This document shows, one piece after another, positions 38,511-48,054 of a DNA stretch of 64,000 nucleotides; within the stretch, counting starts at the first letter, position 1; every line of letters begins with the position of its first letter. This DNA is from Deltaproteobacteria bacterium. Its GTDB lineage: Bacteria > Myxococcota_A > Polyangia > Fen-1088. The position numbers and the translations under genes are program-made. Where the stretch lies: NCBI GenBank assembly GCA_033763315.1, contig JANRKS010000034.1, positions 224,001-288,000 of the forward strand. Direction: 5' to 3'. The notes below the pieces were generated by a model. It was not told the origin of the DNA and made no database searches. It saw only the letters and a program-made list of their open reading frames with translations.

Positions 38511-39932
38511 TCAGCTTCCTAAAAGATCGGAATCGAGATTGCCCGTTGAGTATTTAGGGTTGCCGAACTTTGTGGCGGCCATGATGCCCATGGCGTGCTG
38601 AAACGTGACGAAGAGATTGTTGTGAGGCACATTTTTCGCCGTAAAAAGCCGCCCCGTGCGGAACATCTTGCCCCCCGCGCCGCTGGCTACAACCCATGGA
38701 TAGTTATCGCGCGAGTGGATGTTTCCCTTGCCAAGCTCATTGACCCAAACAACCGTCGTGTGATCGAACAGGTTGCCGTCGCCTTCGGGCACTGCCTTCA
38801 ATCGCTCTATGAGCCCAGCGAACTGCTGCGCGTACCAAGTGTTGATCTTCACCAGGTTCGCTCGCGCGGTGGCGTCCGAGTCTCCCGCGTGAGAAATGTC
38901 GTGATGCTGCTCAGCGATGTTTAGCCAAGGGAATGTGAGATAACTCTCAGCAAACGACCATTGCAGGCTTGCCACGCGGGTGAGATCACATGCAAGCGCC
39001 ATCGTGAGCAGGTCCATTTGCAGCTTCCCTACGGCTTCGTAGTTCTTGGCCGATCGAAAATCAATCGTGGGCGGTGTGTTTGGCTTTTTGCATGCGTTGG
39101 GCATCGATCCCTTTGGATCGCCACCCGGCTGCAGTTGTCGCTCAATGCCCCGCAAGGAATCTAGGTGCGCTTCTATCTTCCGGCGATCGGCAGCACCCAG
39201 CCGTTGGCTCAGCGTCTGGTAGTCAGGAAGCACCAAGTCAAGCACCGATTTGCGCTGTGCCCTTAGAACATCTGCCGCTTGCCGTGCCGCGTCCGCCGTC
39301 GGATCGTTCGCTGTGGTCAATTCCCCAAACACGCGGCGAAACATGGCCGCTGGATCACTTTCGGGTGGCAGCCGCTTGAAGGAACCCTCGTAACACATCG
39401 CGGCCGCCATGTGTAAGACGGCCACGGGAAGCGACACCACGCCAAACTCAAGTGAACGGAATTTTGTGGTTGTTCCAATCGTCTTTGCGATCTCCTGATC
39501 AATCGAGGGACCGCCTGCCGATCCATCCACGAGATGCCCATTGGCGCCGGTGCCGCCGGGGCCCACAACAAGGTCAGTGCAGGTCAATAAATGTCCCATG
39601 GCAACGTCGTGCGGGTTGTCGCCGGGACCCGAATTTCCCGATAGGCCGTGCACACCTTGCAGCAGCAAGAGTTCATTCTTGTGCGCCTCGAGCGGTGACA
39701 GGATGGGGCCCATCTTGAAGGATGAATCAGGGAGCCAGTCTTTTGCCACGGTGCCGTTGGCGCTGAAGAACAGAACGAAGCGACGAGGAAAACCGCCGAC
39801 CGCATGCATGGGATCAAGCGTCGCCGCGTAAGCCTTGCGTGACGGCGCCATCGCATCGAGAAATGGCAGCGCAATGGCGATGCCGCCTGCGCCTCGAAGC
39901 ACCGTGCGGCGGTCAAGAATGTGGCGGCTCAT
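38511..39932 (-). CDS. DUF1552-family Tat-exported protein
   Basis: LDRRTVLRGAGGIAIALPFLDAM, SIDQEIA, SVLD, ALACDLTRVA, HHDISH, HNNLF. AAGGAG SD; ATGA overlap with the upstream gene. Confidence 0.9.
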   Translation of the reverse strand: MSRHILDRRTVLRGAGGIAIALPFLDAMAPSRKAYAATLDPMHAVGGFPRRFVLFFSANGTVAKDWLPDSSFKMGPILSPLEAHKNELLLLQGVHGLSGNSGPGDNPHDVAMGHLLTCTDLVVGPGGTGANGHLVDGSAGGPSIDQEIAKTIGTTTKFRSLEFGVVSLPVAVLHMAAAMCYEGSFKRLPPESDPAAMFRRVFGELTTANDPTADAARQAADVLRAQRKSVLDLVLPDYQTLSQRLGAADRRKIEAHLDSLRGIERQLQPGGDPKGSMPNACKKPNTPPTIDFRSAKNYEAVGKLQMDLLTMALACDLTRVASLQWSFAESYLTFPWLNIAEQHHDISHAGDSDATARANLVKINTWYAQQFAGLIERLKAVPEGDGNLFDHTTVVWVNELGKGNIHSRDNYPWVVASGAGGKMFRTGRLFTAKNVPHNNLFVTFQHAMGIMAATKFGNPKYSTGNLDSDLLGS

Positions 39933-41596
39933 AGTTTGTCTCCTTCGTTTTGAATTCGTCGGTATCGAAACGCATCTGTGTTTACCGTTCCTGCGATCAG
40001 CTCGCGCAGGCTGCCGTGGCCCGCCGCCTGCGCCTTTGCGAGCCGATCCAAATCGCATGTATCGGCTTGCGTTTCCGCGCGTCCCATGGCGAACCGGAAC
40101 CACTGCGAAACCGCGCAAGCACTCACCTGAGCGCTGGTCCCCAACTTGCGCCCCAAAGCGAGCGCGCCCACGAACGGTCCGTCGACGTCGGTTTGGACGA
40201 GCTCTCCGCTCGCATCCACAGGCCGCCCGCCCTCCAGGCTGCGCCAATGGCCTACGCCGTCATAGTTCTCGAATGCCAGGCCCAATGGATCCATCAGCTG
40301 GTGGCAAGGACGACAGGCCGGATCAGTTGCGTGCTGTGTGAAGCGCTCCCGCGTGGTGAGCTTCGGATCAAGATCGGGCGGTTTGATGTTCAAATTGGCG
40401 GGCGGCGCGGGTGGGTGTGTACACAAGAGTGCCTCACGAACGAACTTGCCCCGCGCCACGGGTGAGCTTTGATTCGTTTTTGCATGCACCGAAAGCAACC
40501 CAGCCTGTGTGAGCAACCCACCTCGCTGTGCGGGATTCAGCGAAACCTTCTGGAAAGCATCGCCCGTGGGGCCGCCTTCGAGGCCATAGAACTGCGCGAG
40601 CCGCTTATTAACGAATGTGTATGGCGCCGTGAGCAGCGTGCCTATCGTTCCGTCGCCCTTCCAGATCGCCTCGGTCACGAATTGGTCTTGTTCTTCGCGC
40701 AAGAGGGGCAAGAGGTCGGACGTGAAAGCGGGGTAAACGGCGGTGTCCTTTTCAACCAGGTCAAGCCGGCTGACACCAAGCCATTGCGCAAAGAAGTGAT
40801 GGACGGTTGCCTGCGCGCGCGGATGAGCGAGCATGCGATCCACTTGCTGCCCAAGGCCAGCCGGCGTCGCCAGTTTGCCCTGTTCAGCTGCCTTGAAGAG
40901 TTCGGCGTCGGGCATGGTGCCCCACAAAAGATAAGACAGCCGAGAGGCCATCTCCCAGTCATCTGGGGCAACCACGCCTTCGCTAACGGTGACGGCACTG
41001 GTCTCGACCCGGTACAAGAAGTGAGGGGACGCCATTAGCGCGTGCAGCAAAAGCTCAAGTGTTTTTGTGTGATCGTTGGTGGCGCGTAAGGTCTTATAGG
41101 CACTGTCAAAACGACCGACTTCCGCCGCGGCCAGCGGTCGACGCCAAACGCGGCGGCCGACTTGTTGAACGAATGAGGTGCCACACGTTGCCTCTGCGGT
41201 CTTGGAGGTGTCGCAGCTAAAGAACGTGGACAGCTTTTTCATCGCGCGTGCCGCGATTTGCTCCGCGGCGGTGAAATACGATTCGGCCAGCAGCGGGCTT
41301 GTGCCAAATGATTCGGCCGCGTTGTCGAAACCGTACGGCGCTTCTTCTGTGGGGAAACCGGCAGCAGGTTTCGTTGTGTCGCCGAACAGATCCTCCAGCG
41401 TGCGATCGAACTCGAAGCGCGTCAGCCTGCGCAGCGGTGAGCTTGCTGGCATTGGGCTTTTGCACGTGACGGCCTGACCGCCGCCGTTCGACGACGAGGA
41501 GGAGGGGCGGTCGGGCGCGCCAGGGTTCTGACCGATTGCCCCGGTGCAGTTGACGCAAGCAGCGAACAGAACGACGAGCGCGACATGCTTAGCCAT
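39929..41596 (-). CDS. DUF1587/1595/1592/1588/1585 lipoprotein with CxxCH haem c motif
   Basis: LFAA-C lipobox, LRRLT, SPHFLYRVE, ASRLSYLLW, RGGLLTQ, SPVARG, TTRER, CRPCH (40301-40315), ENYDGVG.WR. Confidence 0.9.
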   Translation of the reverse strand: MAKHVALVVLFAACVNCTGAIGQNPGAPDRPSSSSSNGGGQAVTCKSPMPASSPLRRLTRFEFDRTLEDLFGDTTKPAAGFPTEEAPYGFDNAAESFGTSPLLAESYFTAAEQIAARAMKKLSTFFSCDTSKTAEATCGTSFVQQVGRRVWRRPLAAAEVGRFDSAYKTLRATNDHTKTLELLLHALMASPHFLYRVETSAVTVSEGVVAPDDWEMASRLSYLLWGTMPDAELFKAAEQGKLATPAGLGQQVDRMLAHPRAQATVHHFFAQWLGVSRLDLVEKDTAVYPAFTSDLLPLLREEQDQFVTEAIWKGDGTIGTLLTAPYTFVNKRLAQFYGLEGGPTGDAFQKVSLNPAQRGGLLTQAGLLSVHAKTNQSSPVARGKFVREALLCTHPPAPPANLNIKPPDLDPKLTTRERFTQHATDPACRPCHQLMDPLGLAFENYDGVGHWRSLEGGRPVDASGELVQTDVDGPFVGALALGRKLGTSAQVSACAVSQWFRFAMGRAETQADTCDLDRLAKAQAAGHGSLRELIAGTVNTDAFRYRRIQNEGDKL

Positions 41597-41825
41597 AAAA
41601 CCAAATGTCCGACGCACGCCCCAGGTTTCGTTCTTTTCCTTCCAGCAGAGGTTACACAGCAACGACTACGGCCCGGATGATGACAATGGCCAACTTGCGC
41701 GCAACAATTTCCCCGCAAAGCGATGGGTGTGCCTCGAATGCAAGTCCCCATCTCCGTGATGTCGGAGCATGGCATTAACCACTGGAAGTATGGTCAGCAG
41801 TGGCTCACGGCGGGCGCCAGGAAGC

Positions 41826-42740
41826 TTACGTCGGCCTGATCTTCTGCCGAAACTGCTCTGGCGTGACTCCCACCTGGCGACGGAAGAACTTGACGAAGTT
41901 CGTGGCCTCAGTGAATCCCAACTGTTCAGACACGCGGGCGGCAGGCCATGCCGTGTGCGCGATGAGCCGTTTGGCTTCTAATGCCACACGTTCGTCGATC
42001 ACCGATTTCGGTGTTTTGCCGAGAATTTGCAGACACGCACGCGACAAAGTCTTTTGTGAACAACCCAACGTGCGGGCGTAATCGGCCACCGCACGAGTCT
42101 TGGCCAGCTTTTCTTCAAGCGCCAAGCGAAGCTGCCGGACCACCATCAGGTGTGGGTGATCTTGCGCCGGCCACGCGGGCCCCTCGTTCTTCGCGCTGCC
42201 AGCAAGCGCAAACAGCAGTGCGTGCAGCAAGTGGCCGATGACACGCTCGCCGCGTTGGGAGCTATCATAGGCGTTGTATTGTTGATTGACCGCAGAAAAC
42301 AAGCTCTCAAGATTTCCGCGCTCTTCGCGCGCAGGCGTGAGTTTGACTGGCCAATCCTCGACATTCAAAGGCGCGTCGGCCGATGCGACGTCATTGTGCT
42401 TGATTGCCTGTGGGAACAAGAAGCGTTCCTTGAATATGACGACGATGCCATCGATACGATCACGTCCATCGAATATGTGAACTTGGCCCGGGCTTACTTT
42501 GATGATGTCGCCGGGTGCGCAGGCATAGTCGACGAAGTCGACCGTGTGCTTGCCCGCACCCTTCGTTACCAGAAGAAAAAAGTGGAAGGTGATGCGCGTG
42601 GGCAGCGTTAGATCATGGTCGAGCTGTCGCTGGTGAAGGTCGTGAAGCCAGAACGACTCTACAGCCAACGTCGGATGGCGAGGCTGCTTGAAGGCCACAT
42701 CCTTGATGATCGCTTGAACGGCAGTGTTTTGAGCTTTCAT
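41826..42740 (-). CDS. AraC-family regulator with cupin sensor domain
   Basis: GAGKHTVDF..Y...PGQVH; VADYARTLG, EAKRLIAH, LGFTEATNFVKFFRR. Confidence 0.92.
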   Translation of the reverse strand: MKAQNTAVQAIIKDVAFKQPRHPTLAVESFWLHDLHQRQLDHDLTLPTRITFHFFLLVTKGAGKHTVDFVDYACAPGDIIKVSPGQVHIFDGRDRIDGIVVIFKERFLFPQAIKHNDVASADAPLNVEDWPVKLTPAREERGNLESLFSAVNQQYNAYDSSQRGERVIGHLLHALLFALAGSAKNEGPAWPAQDHPHLMVVRQLRLALEEKLAKTRAVADYARTLGCSQKTLSRACLQILGKTPKSVIDERVALEAKRLIAHTAWPAARVSEQLGFTEATNFVKFFRRQVGVTPEQFRQKIRPT

Positions 42741-42842
42741 GAGGTTCACAGACACCAAGGACCTGCTGCAGGAACGTGCCTCGGCGGCACGCGTGTGCAT
42801 GAAGGTATGCCCTACATTTGGCCGAAATCCTCGCCTTTATTT

Positions 42843-45800
42843 TCACTGGCCAGGTGCGCCGTGGTTCATCCAACGTGTGTCACATTTGTGGCTCAAAAGC
42901 GCCTGCAATTCCTTCCAGCGGTGCATTGACCGCGCAAAGTGGTCTTTTACTTGTCCCTTGACGTTCCACGTGTGAAGCGTCACCGAGCGTGAGAAACCCG
43001 CACGGCGCAGCGGTTGAAGCCAGGCTTTCCCCACGTCCACGTCACCTTCGTCAAGCGGCAGGATCGTCCGCGTGAAATCCGTGACCGCAAGCCCATCCTC
43101 GCGATTGGTGCCATTGATCGTAGCCGCGACGGCCAGGTGTGCCGTTTCTTCAATGGTTTGCGCCCAGTCCTTGAGCCTGCCACCTTTTTGTTCTTGAGCC
43201 ATGTTCAACGCGAACCGCACGTTGGCGTGATTTACGCCATTGATGACCGAAACCGCGTCTTGCGCGGAAGCAACGCTGTAGCCGACGTGAGGGTACAACA
43301 CCAACGTCACCCCCCGGGCCTCAGCCATGGTGGCCAGCTTGCGAACGGCGGCGTTGAGGGATTCGCCCTTGAGACCATTGATTGTGACCCACAGCTCAGG
43401 GACTTGGCCTTGCATGGCCTCAAGCAATTGTGCCGTTTTGACATCATCGTCCATGGCACCATCAATGGCTGTTAACACCGCTTTGATGGCAAAGGCATGG
43501 GAGCGCACGGCGGGGAGCGCAAGATACTTTCGAATCTTGGCAGCATCGGGCCACGGTAGCACCAGGTGGTCGTAGCCAAGCGATTGCAGGAACGGCACCC
43601 GTTGATCAAACGGTATGTCGTAAAGCGTAAACTCGAACGTACCCAAAGATGTGGATGCGTGAACGGGCGCGGCGGGAGCATGAAAGTCATAGCGGCCCGA
43701 TTGCACGTCAAATACCGCAAATCCTGGCTCTGGCGCCAGCGGCGTTACCCCCGGCGCGACGCTGGCGGGGCGACCCCTTTCCGTCACCAGAGCCGGCGCG
43801 CGTGACGGCACGAACACGCGTGCGGTGGCGTGCACCGGCACTTCGACGGCCAGCGAGACGCCTTGTTGATTGCTGGTCCAGCGCGCACGGATCATTCCAC
43901 GCACCGATGCGTGCTCTGCCGTTGCAGACGTGATGCCGCCGCCCGGTACGGGGCGAATGATTACGCGCTTGAACCCCGGCGCCTCGGGATCGCTCGCAAT
44001 GCCGGCGACGTTGGGATAGATCCAGCCGCCCACCGATCCGAGCGCATACTGATTGAGGCTGTTCATGTCTCCACGGTTTTCGGGGCCTCGGTTCGGATCA
44101 TAGCTGTCCCAGCGCTCCCATAGGGTTGTGGCTCCTGCGTTCACGGCCTGCAGCCAGGAGGGATATGTATCGCGCATCAGAAGGCTGTATGCGAGATCAT
44201 CTCGTCCCGCGCGCGACAGCGCGGGCATGATCGCCGCCGTTCCCAACAACCCCGTCTTCAGATGCCCCGTTTGTTCCACAAGTTGCGCGAGCTTCCGCTC
44301 ACCCGCTTGTCGCAGCTGCGGAGGATAGGCGTCGAAGTGTAAAGCCACTGCGTAAGCGGTTTGCGTGTTCACGCCCATACTGCCATCGGCAGCGACAAAC
44401 GCCTTTTGATAGGCGCGGCGAATGTCGTTTGCCAGCGTGTTGAAACGCTGGGCGTCCTCTTGTTTCCCCAGGAGCCCTGCGACCTTGGCCACGAGCAACG
44501 CAACATGTTGGTGGTAAAGCGGCGCGAGAATTTTGTGCGGCGTCTCTTCAAGCGACAACCAATCGCCAAAGCTCCAGTCTTTGTTCAGCAAGTTCGGGCT
44601 GCGGCTGGTTTTGTAATCGACCCAGCGAACCATAGCGTCGTAGCCTTGCTCAAGAACACGTTTGTCCCCGTAGCGTTGGTAGAGCCACCACGGCAGCATC
44701 ACCCCGGCGTCAGCCCAAGCGTAGCTGCCGTGCGCGAGGAACGGCAGGCTGGGGGCGACATCGGGGAACGATCCATTGGGGAGCTGCGCGTCCCGCAAAT
44801 CTGTCGCGTATTTCGATAAAAATGCCGCCAGATCGAACGAGAACGCCGCTGCCGGCGCGAACAACACAATGTCGGCGGCCCAACCCATGCGCTCGTCACG
44901 TTGTGGGCAGTCCGTTGGAATTGAATGAAAGTTGTTGCGAGCGGTCCACGTCATGTTGGCATGCAGCTGGTTGAGCCTGCGGTCCGAAGTCTTGAACGTC
45001 CCGACGCGCGGCACATCTGTGTGGGTCACCACGCCCTGCAAGTCCGATCGCTTCATGTCGACGGCGCCTTCGACCTCGACGTAACGAAACCCGTGATATG
45101 TGAAGCGCGGCTCGAACAGCTCCACCCCCGATCCCTTCGCGATGTACCGATCCGTGCTGCCTGCCGTGCGCAGGTTGCTCGTGAACAAAGAGCCATCGGG
45201 ATTCAGTACCTCAGCGTAGCGAAGCGTCACTTCACGACCTGCCGGTGCCCGCAGTCGAACTTTGACGTTGCCCGCAATGTTTTGTCCTAGGTCGAACACA
45301 TATTGTCCGGTCTGCCCTTTCGTGACGCTCACCGCGGGGATGATTTGCGTGATGCGCTCGGGCGCCTCTATGGGTGCCTGCAGTACGCCGACCGTTGGAT
45401 TGAGTGGTACAACGGCCCGCCACCCTTCGTTCTTGGTTACACGTGCGCTCCAGCCTGGCAGCTCACGACGTGCGTCGTAGACCACGCCATCGAACAAATC
45501 GGTTGAGCGGTAGGGGCCGGTGTTGCCTTGCCAGTCATCGTCTGTGGCAATGACCTGCGTGCTCCCGTCGTCAAATTCGAGATGAAGCTGTGCCAACAGC
45601 GCTTTGTGTACGCCCCAAATGTTCTGCCCCGCGCCGTTTCGGCCAGAGAACCACCCATCAGCCACAATGACCCCAAGCACATTGGTGCCTTTACGAATCC
45701 TGGTGGTGACGTCGTAGGTTTGGTAACGAAGGCGGGCGCCATAGTCCGTCCACCCCGGAGCCAGGCGGTGATCAGAGAGCTCGGCGCCATTGAGGTGCGT

Positions 45801-46877
45801 CTCATAGACGCCTGTTGCGGTGATATAAAGACGCGCGGTTCGCACGGAACGATTGGCCGTGAAGGCTCGCCGCAGGTACGCGGGGGGCACCAACTTGTCC
45901 GCCCGTGCAAAGCTAGCGTCGCCATTTTGCGGCTGCCCGAACGGCCCCAGTTCGCGCGCAGGCTGCCACGCAGACGTTTTGCGGTTTCCATCGCCTGTTT
46001 TGACGGAAGGGCCGTAGTTTGTCATCCACGTGTCGTCGCTGTCGATGCGTAGACGTGTCCCATTCTCCATATCAAGCATCAATACGGCGGCCGCTGCTTC
46101 TTGCGGTGCAAAGGGTGACTCGATCGTTAGGACGTTGTCCCCCGGACGCAGAGCTGAAGTCACGTCAAAGCGCCGCGGATCGTCGTGAGGCGATGAGAAT
46201 TTCGGATAGCGCCGGCCGTTGATATCAATCACATGAGCGGCGTCGTCCTCCCAGGGCATGCCCACCCGTGGCCCCACGTAAACGAGCTCTGCCCGGCGCA
46301 CCACAGCCGTGGGCGGCAGCACAAAGGTTTTGCGCAAGGCCACTCGTTTCGCGCTGGCGGCCTGGCTCACGTCGCGCAGCCAGATCCATTTTGCACCCAC
46401 GAGCGGCAGACGCTCATCGGTGTTAAGGGGCGAGATGCCTATCCACTTCCCCTTCCAATTAGAGGCCTGCAACAACCCCATCTCGAAATGCGCGGGGCGC
46501 GACACCGCCACGCGACCGTGTTGATCCCACACGCGAACCATCCAGTGGTAGCGCCCCCGCGACTCAAGCGGCGGTCCGCCGTACTCGACGTGCACGTTGT
46601 TGTCGCTATCGACGCGTCCGCTGCTCCAGATGGCGGTCTGTGAGCGAGGGCCTGGCGGCGTGTTGCTGTAAACCAAAACCTCATATGCCGTTTGTCGCGT
46701 GCCGCGTGCGCGGCTGCTCGCCACCCAAGAAAATCGAGGGATACGCGCGTCAATGCCGAGCGGGTTGGTTTGGTATTCGCAGCGCAAATCGCCGACATTC
46801 CATTCCGACGAAGCCCATGCGTGTGGAGTTGGTGGCGCGATCAGAGCGACGAGGAAGAAGAAGGCAGCGATCTTCAT
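42843..46877 (-). CDS. Secreted GH78 alpha-L-rhamnosidase fused to a C-terminal xylose-isomerase/AP-endonuclease-2-like TIM barrel
   Basis: Signal peptide (AWA), LRCEYQTNPLGID, PGWTDY, DLGQN, FTYHGFRYVE, PTDCPQRDERMGW, GATTLWERWD, MNSLNQY. After SGRYDF the frame continues into LQSLGYD...LVLYPH...INGT...PLDEGD. Confidence 0.9.
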   Translation of the reverse strand: MKIAAFFFLVALIAPPTPHAWASSEWNVGDLRCEYQTNPLGIDARIPRFSWVASSRARGTRQTAYEVLVYSNTPPGPRSQTAIWSSGRVDSDNNVHVEYGGPPLESRGRYHWMVRVWDQHGRVAVSRPAHFEMGLLQASNWKGKWIGISPLNTDERLPLVGAKWIWLRDVSQAASAKRVALRKTFVLPPTAVVRRAELVYVGPRVGMPWEDDAAHVIDINGRRYPKFSSPHDDPRRFDVTSALRPGDNVLTIESPFAPQEAAAAVLMLDMENGTRLRIDSDDTWMTNYGPSVKTGDGNRKTSAWQPARELGPFGQPQNGDASFARADKLVPPAYLRRAFTANRSVRTARLYITATGVYETHLNGAELSDHRLAPGWTDYGARLRYQTYDVTTRIRKGTNVLGVIVADGWFSGRNGAGQNIWGVHKALLAQLHLEFDDGSTQVIATDDDWQGNTGPYRSTDLFDGVVYDARRELPGWSARVTKNEGWRAVVPLNPTVGVLQAPIEAPERITQIIPAVSVTKGQTGQYVFDLGQNIAGNVKVRLRAPAGREVTLRYAEVLNPDGSLFTSNLRTAGSTDRYIAKGSGVELFEPRFTYHGFRYVEVEGAVDMKRSDLQGVVTHTDVPRVGTFKTSDRRLNQLHANMTWTARNNFHSIPTDCPQRDERMGWAADIVLFAPAAAFSFDLAAFLSKYATDLRDAQLPNGSFPDVAPSLPFLAHGSYAWADAGVMLPWWLYQRYGDKRVLEQGYDAMVRWVDYKTSRSPNLLNKDWSFGDWLSLEETPHKILAPLYHQHVALLVAKVAGLLGKQEDAQRFNTLANDIRRAYQKAFVAADGSMGVNTQTAYAVALHFDAYPPQLRQAGERKLAQLVEQTGHLKTGLLGTAAIMPALSRAGRDDLAYSLLMRDTYPSWLQAVNAGATTLWERWDSYDPNRGPENRGDMNSLNQYALGSVGGWIYPNVAGIASDPEAPGFKRVIIRPVPGGGITSATAEHASVRGMIRARWTSNQQGVSLAVEVPVHATARVFVPSRAPALVTERGRPASVAPGVTPLAPEPGFAVFDVQSGRYDFHAPAAPVHASTSLGTFEFTLYDIPFDQRVPFLQSLGYDHLVLPWPDAAKIRKYLALPAVRSHAFAIKAVLTAIDGAMDDDVKTAQLLEAMQGQVPELWVTINGLKGESLNAAVRKLATMAEARGVTLVLYPHVGYSVASAQDAVSVINGVNHANVRFALNMAQEQKGGRLKDWAQTIEETAHLAVAATINGTNREDGLAVTDFTRTILPLDEGDVDVGKAWLQPLRRAGFSRSVTLHTWNVKGQVKDHFARSMHRWKELQALLSHKCDTRWMNHGAPGQ

Positions 46878-47004
46878 GCGACGACTATGCCCCAATGAGA
46901 TCCGTCCGAAGTAAAATGCGTGCGCGTGTCGCGCGTTGGCACACAACGCTGCAAGACACGCGACCAAGCGGCGCTGCGTGTCTTGCCTGGCGTGCGCGAG
47001 ACCG

Positions 47005-47772
47005 TTAAAGCATCCCGTTTAAGTTCTTCGATTCCGCCGGGATCTCCTGCACAACATCCCAGTGTTCGGCGATCTTTCCCTTTGCGATTCGAAACAAATC
47101 AAAGAACACGCTGTGTTTGCCACCTATGGTTCCACGACCCATGGTGAGCACCATGTTGCCTTCACCAAGCATGTACTTGACTTCGTTGTAGCGAATCTCT
47201 GCGCCCGCTGCCGCCGCCGCCGCGAAGCCCTTTTGCAATCCGGAGACGCCATCTGCGATCATCGGGCTATGCTGAATGTACTTGTCACCATCAAAGAACT
47301 CTGGCATTGCGGCAAAATTTCCGCCGATGATGACTTGTTCAAAGAAGTTCTTGATTAGGGCCTTGTTCTGTTGTGTCAGCTCTGCATCTTCTATCTCTGT
47401 GGGGCCATCCAGCATTGTGTGACCGCTGGCCGTGTGTTCCGGTTGCGGTTGTGCCGCAGACCAATGCTCCATCACCTTGCCATCGCGCAGTCGGAAAACG
47501 TCGAAGGCCGCCACCTTGCCGCCCCAAAAGTAGTCGCTGTGCATCGCCACCATGTTTCCGTCAGTGATGGTGCGTACGCGTCTGATTATGGGGCGCTGCT
47601 CTGGCGGGGCCTTGCCGATCTCTCCCATGAACAAGAGAAGGCCATCAAGGCCATCGGGCGCCGTGGGATCGTGTTGGATGTAGTCCTTCACAACAACAGA
47701 TTTGACGAAGTCGATGTCCCCTTTGCCGAATCCATCTAACAAAAGCTTTTCTGCGATCTGCCGGTTGTTCAT
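47005..47772 (-). CDS. Tandem SnoaL/NTF2-like domain protein
   Basis: Two repeats, YIQHDP..PDG...DVFRL.DGK..EHW and YIQHSP..ADG...DLFRI.KGKIAEHWD. GGAGG SD before ATG 47772. Confidence 0.88.
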   Translation of the reverse strand: MNNRQIAEKLLLDGFGKGDIDFVKSVVVKDYIQHDPTAPDGLDGLLLFMGEIGKAPPEQRPIIRRVRTITDGNMVAMHSDYFWGGKVAAFDVFRLRDGKVMEHWSAAQPQPEHTASGHTMLDGPTEIEDAELTQQNKALIKNFFEQVIIGGNFAAMPEFFDGDKYIQHSPMIADGVSGLQKGFAAAAAAGAEIRYNEVKYMLGEGNMVLTMGRGTIGGKHSVFFDLFRIAKGKIAEHWDVVQEIPAESKNLNGML

Positions 47773-47936
47773 CTGTTCCTCCAGGGGTGGGTGAGGGTGA
47801 ATGCAAGATAAGGCTGCCTGAAGGTTTTGGCCTTTGACGCGGATCACTCTCAAGGTCACGACCGGACAGTCGTGCGGTCAAAGTGCGCAACGGTGCTGTT
47901 TGTTCACGCCAGACACACGCTGCGCTGCTTGTTTCG

Positions 47937-47950
47937 TCGTTGCGCAACGA
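47937..47950. promoter_or_regulatory. Perfect 14-bp palindrome, candidate operator
   Basis: TCGTTGCGCAACGA, with a partial copy TGCGCAACG at 47884; upstream of the SnoaL gene. Confidence 0.35.
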
Positions 47951-47972
47951 TCATCGCGCTCTACGGGCATGG

Positions 47973-48018
47973 CCTACCCTGATGACTGGGTGCCGCCGAA
48001 GCGTCATCACGGGTTAGG
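47973..48018 (-). terminator. Imperfect stem-loop downstream of the Ser/Thr kinase gene
   Basis: CCTA-CCC-TGATGAC pairs with GTCATCA-C-GGG-T-TAGG, about 37 nt after the kinase stop. No U-tract. Confidence 0.3.
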
Positions 48019-48054
48019 AGTCCCACGCACGGCCGCACCTCGGTGGGGCGCGGG

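Noticed and set aside
39933-40247. N-terminal extension of the 578-aa DUF1552 ORF
   Set aside because: It overlaps the DUF1592 gene; the SD, ATGA coupling and Tat motif place the start at 39932.
41735-41748. Further DosR-type boxes (GTCCC at 41744; GGGAC at 33943, 37663 and 38503)
   Set aside because: Half-sites only, which are expected by chance.
47973-48018. Hammerhead-ribozyme-like CTGATGA...CGAA
   Set aside because: It reads CGAAG rather than GAAA, has no NUH cleavage triplet, has a weak stem II, and CTGATGA is itself paired in the hairpin.
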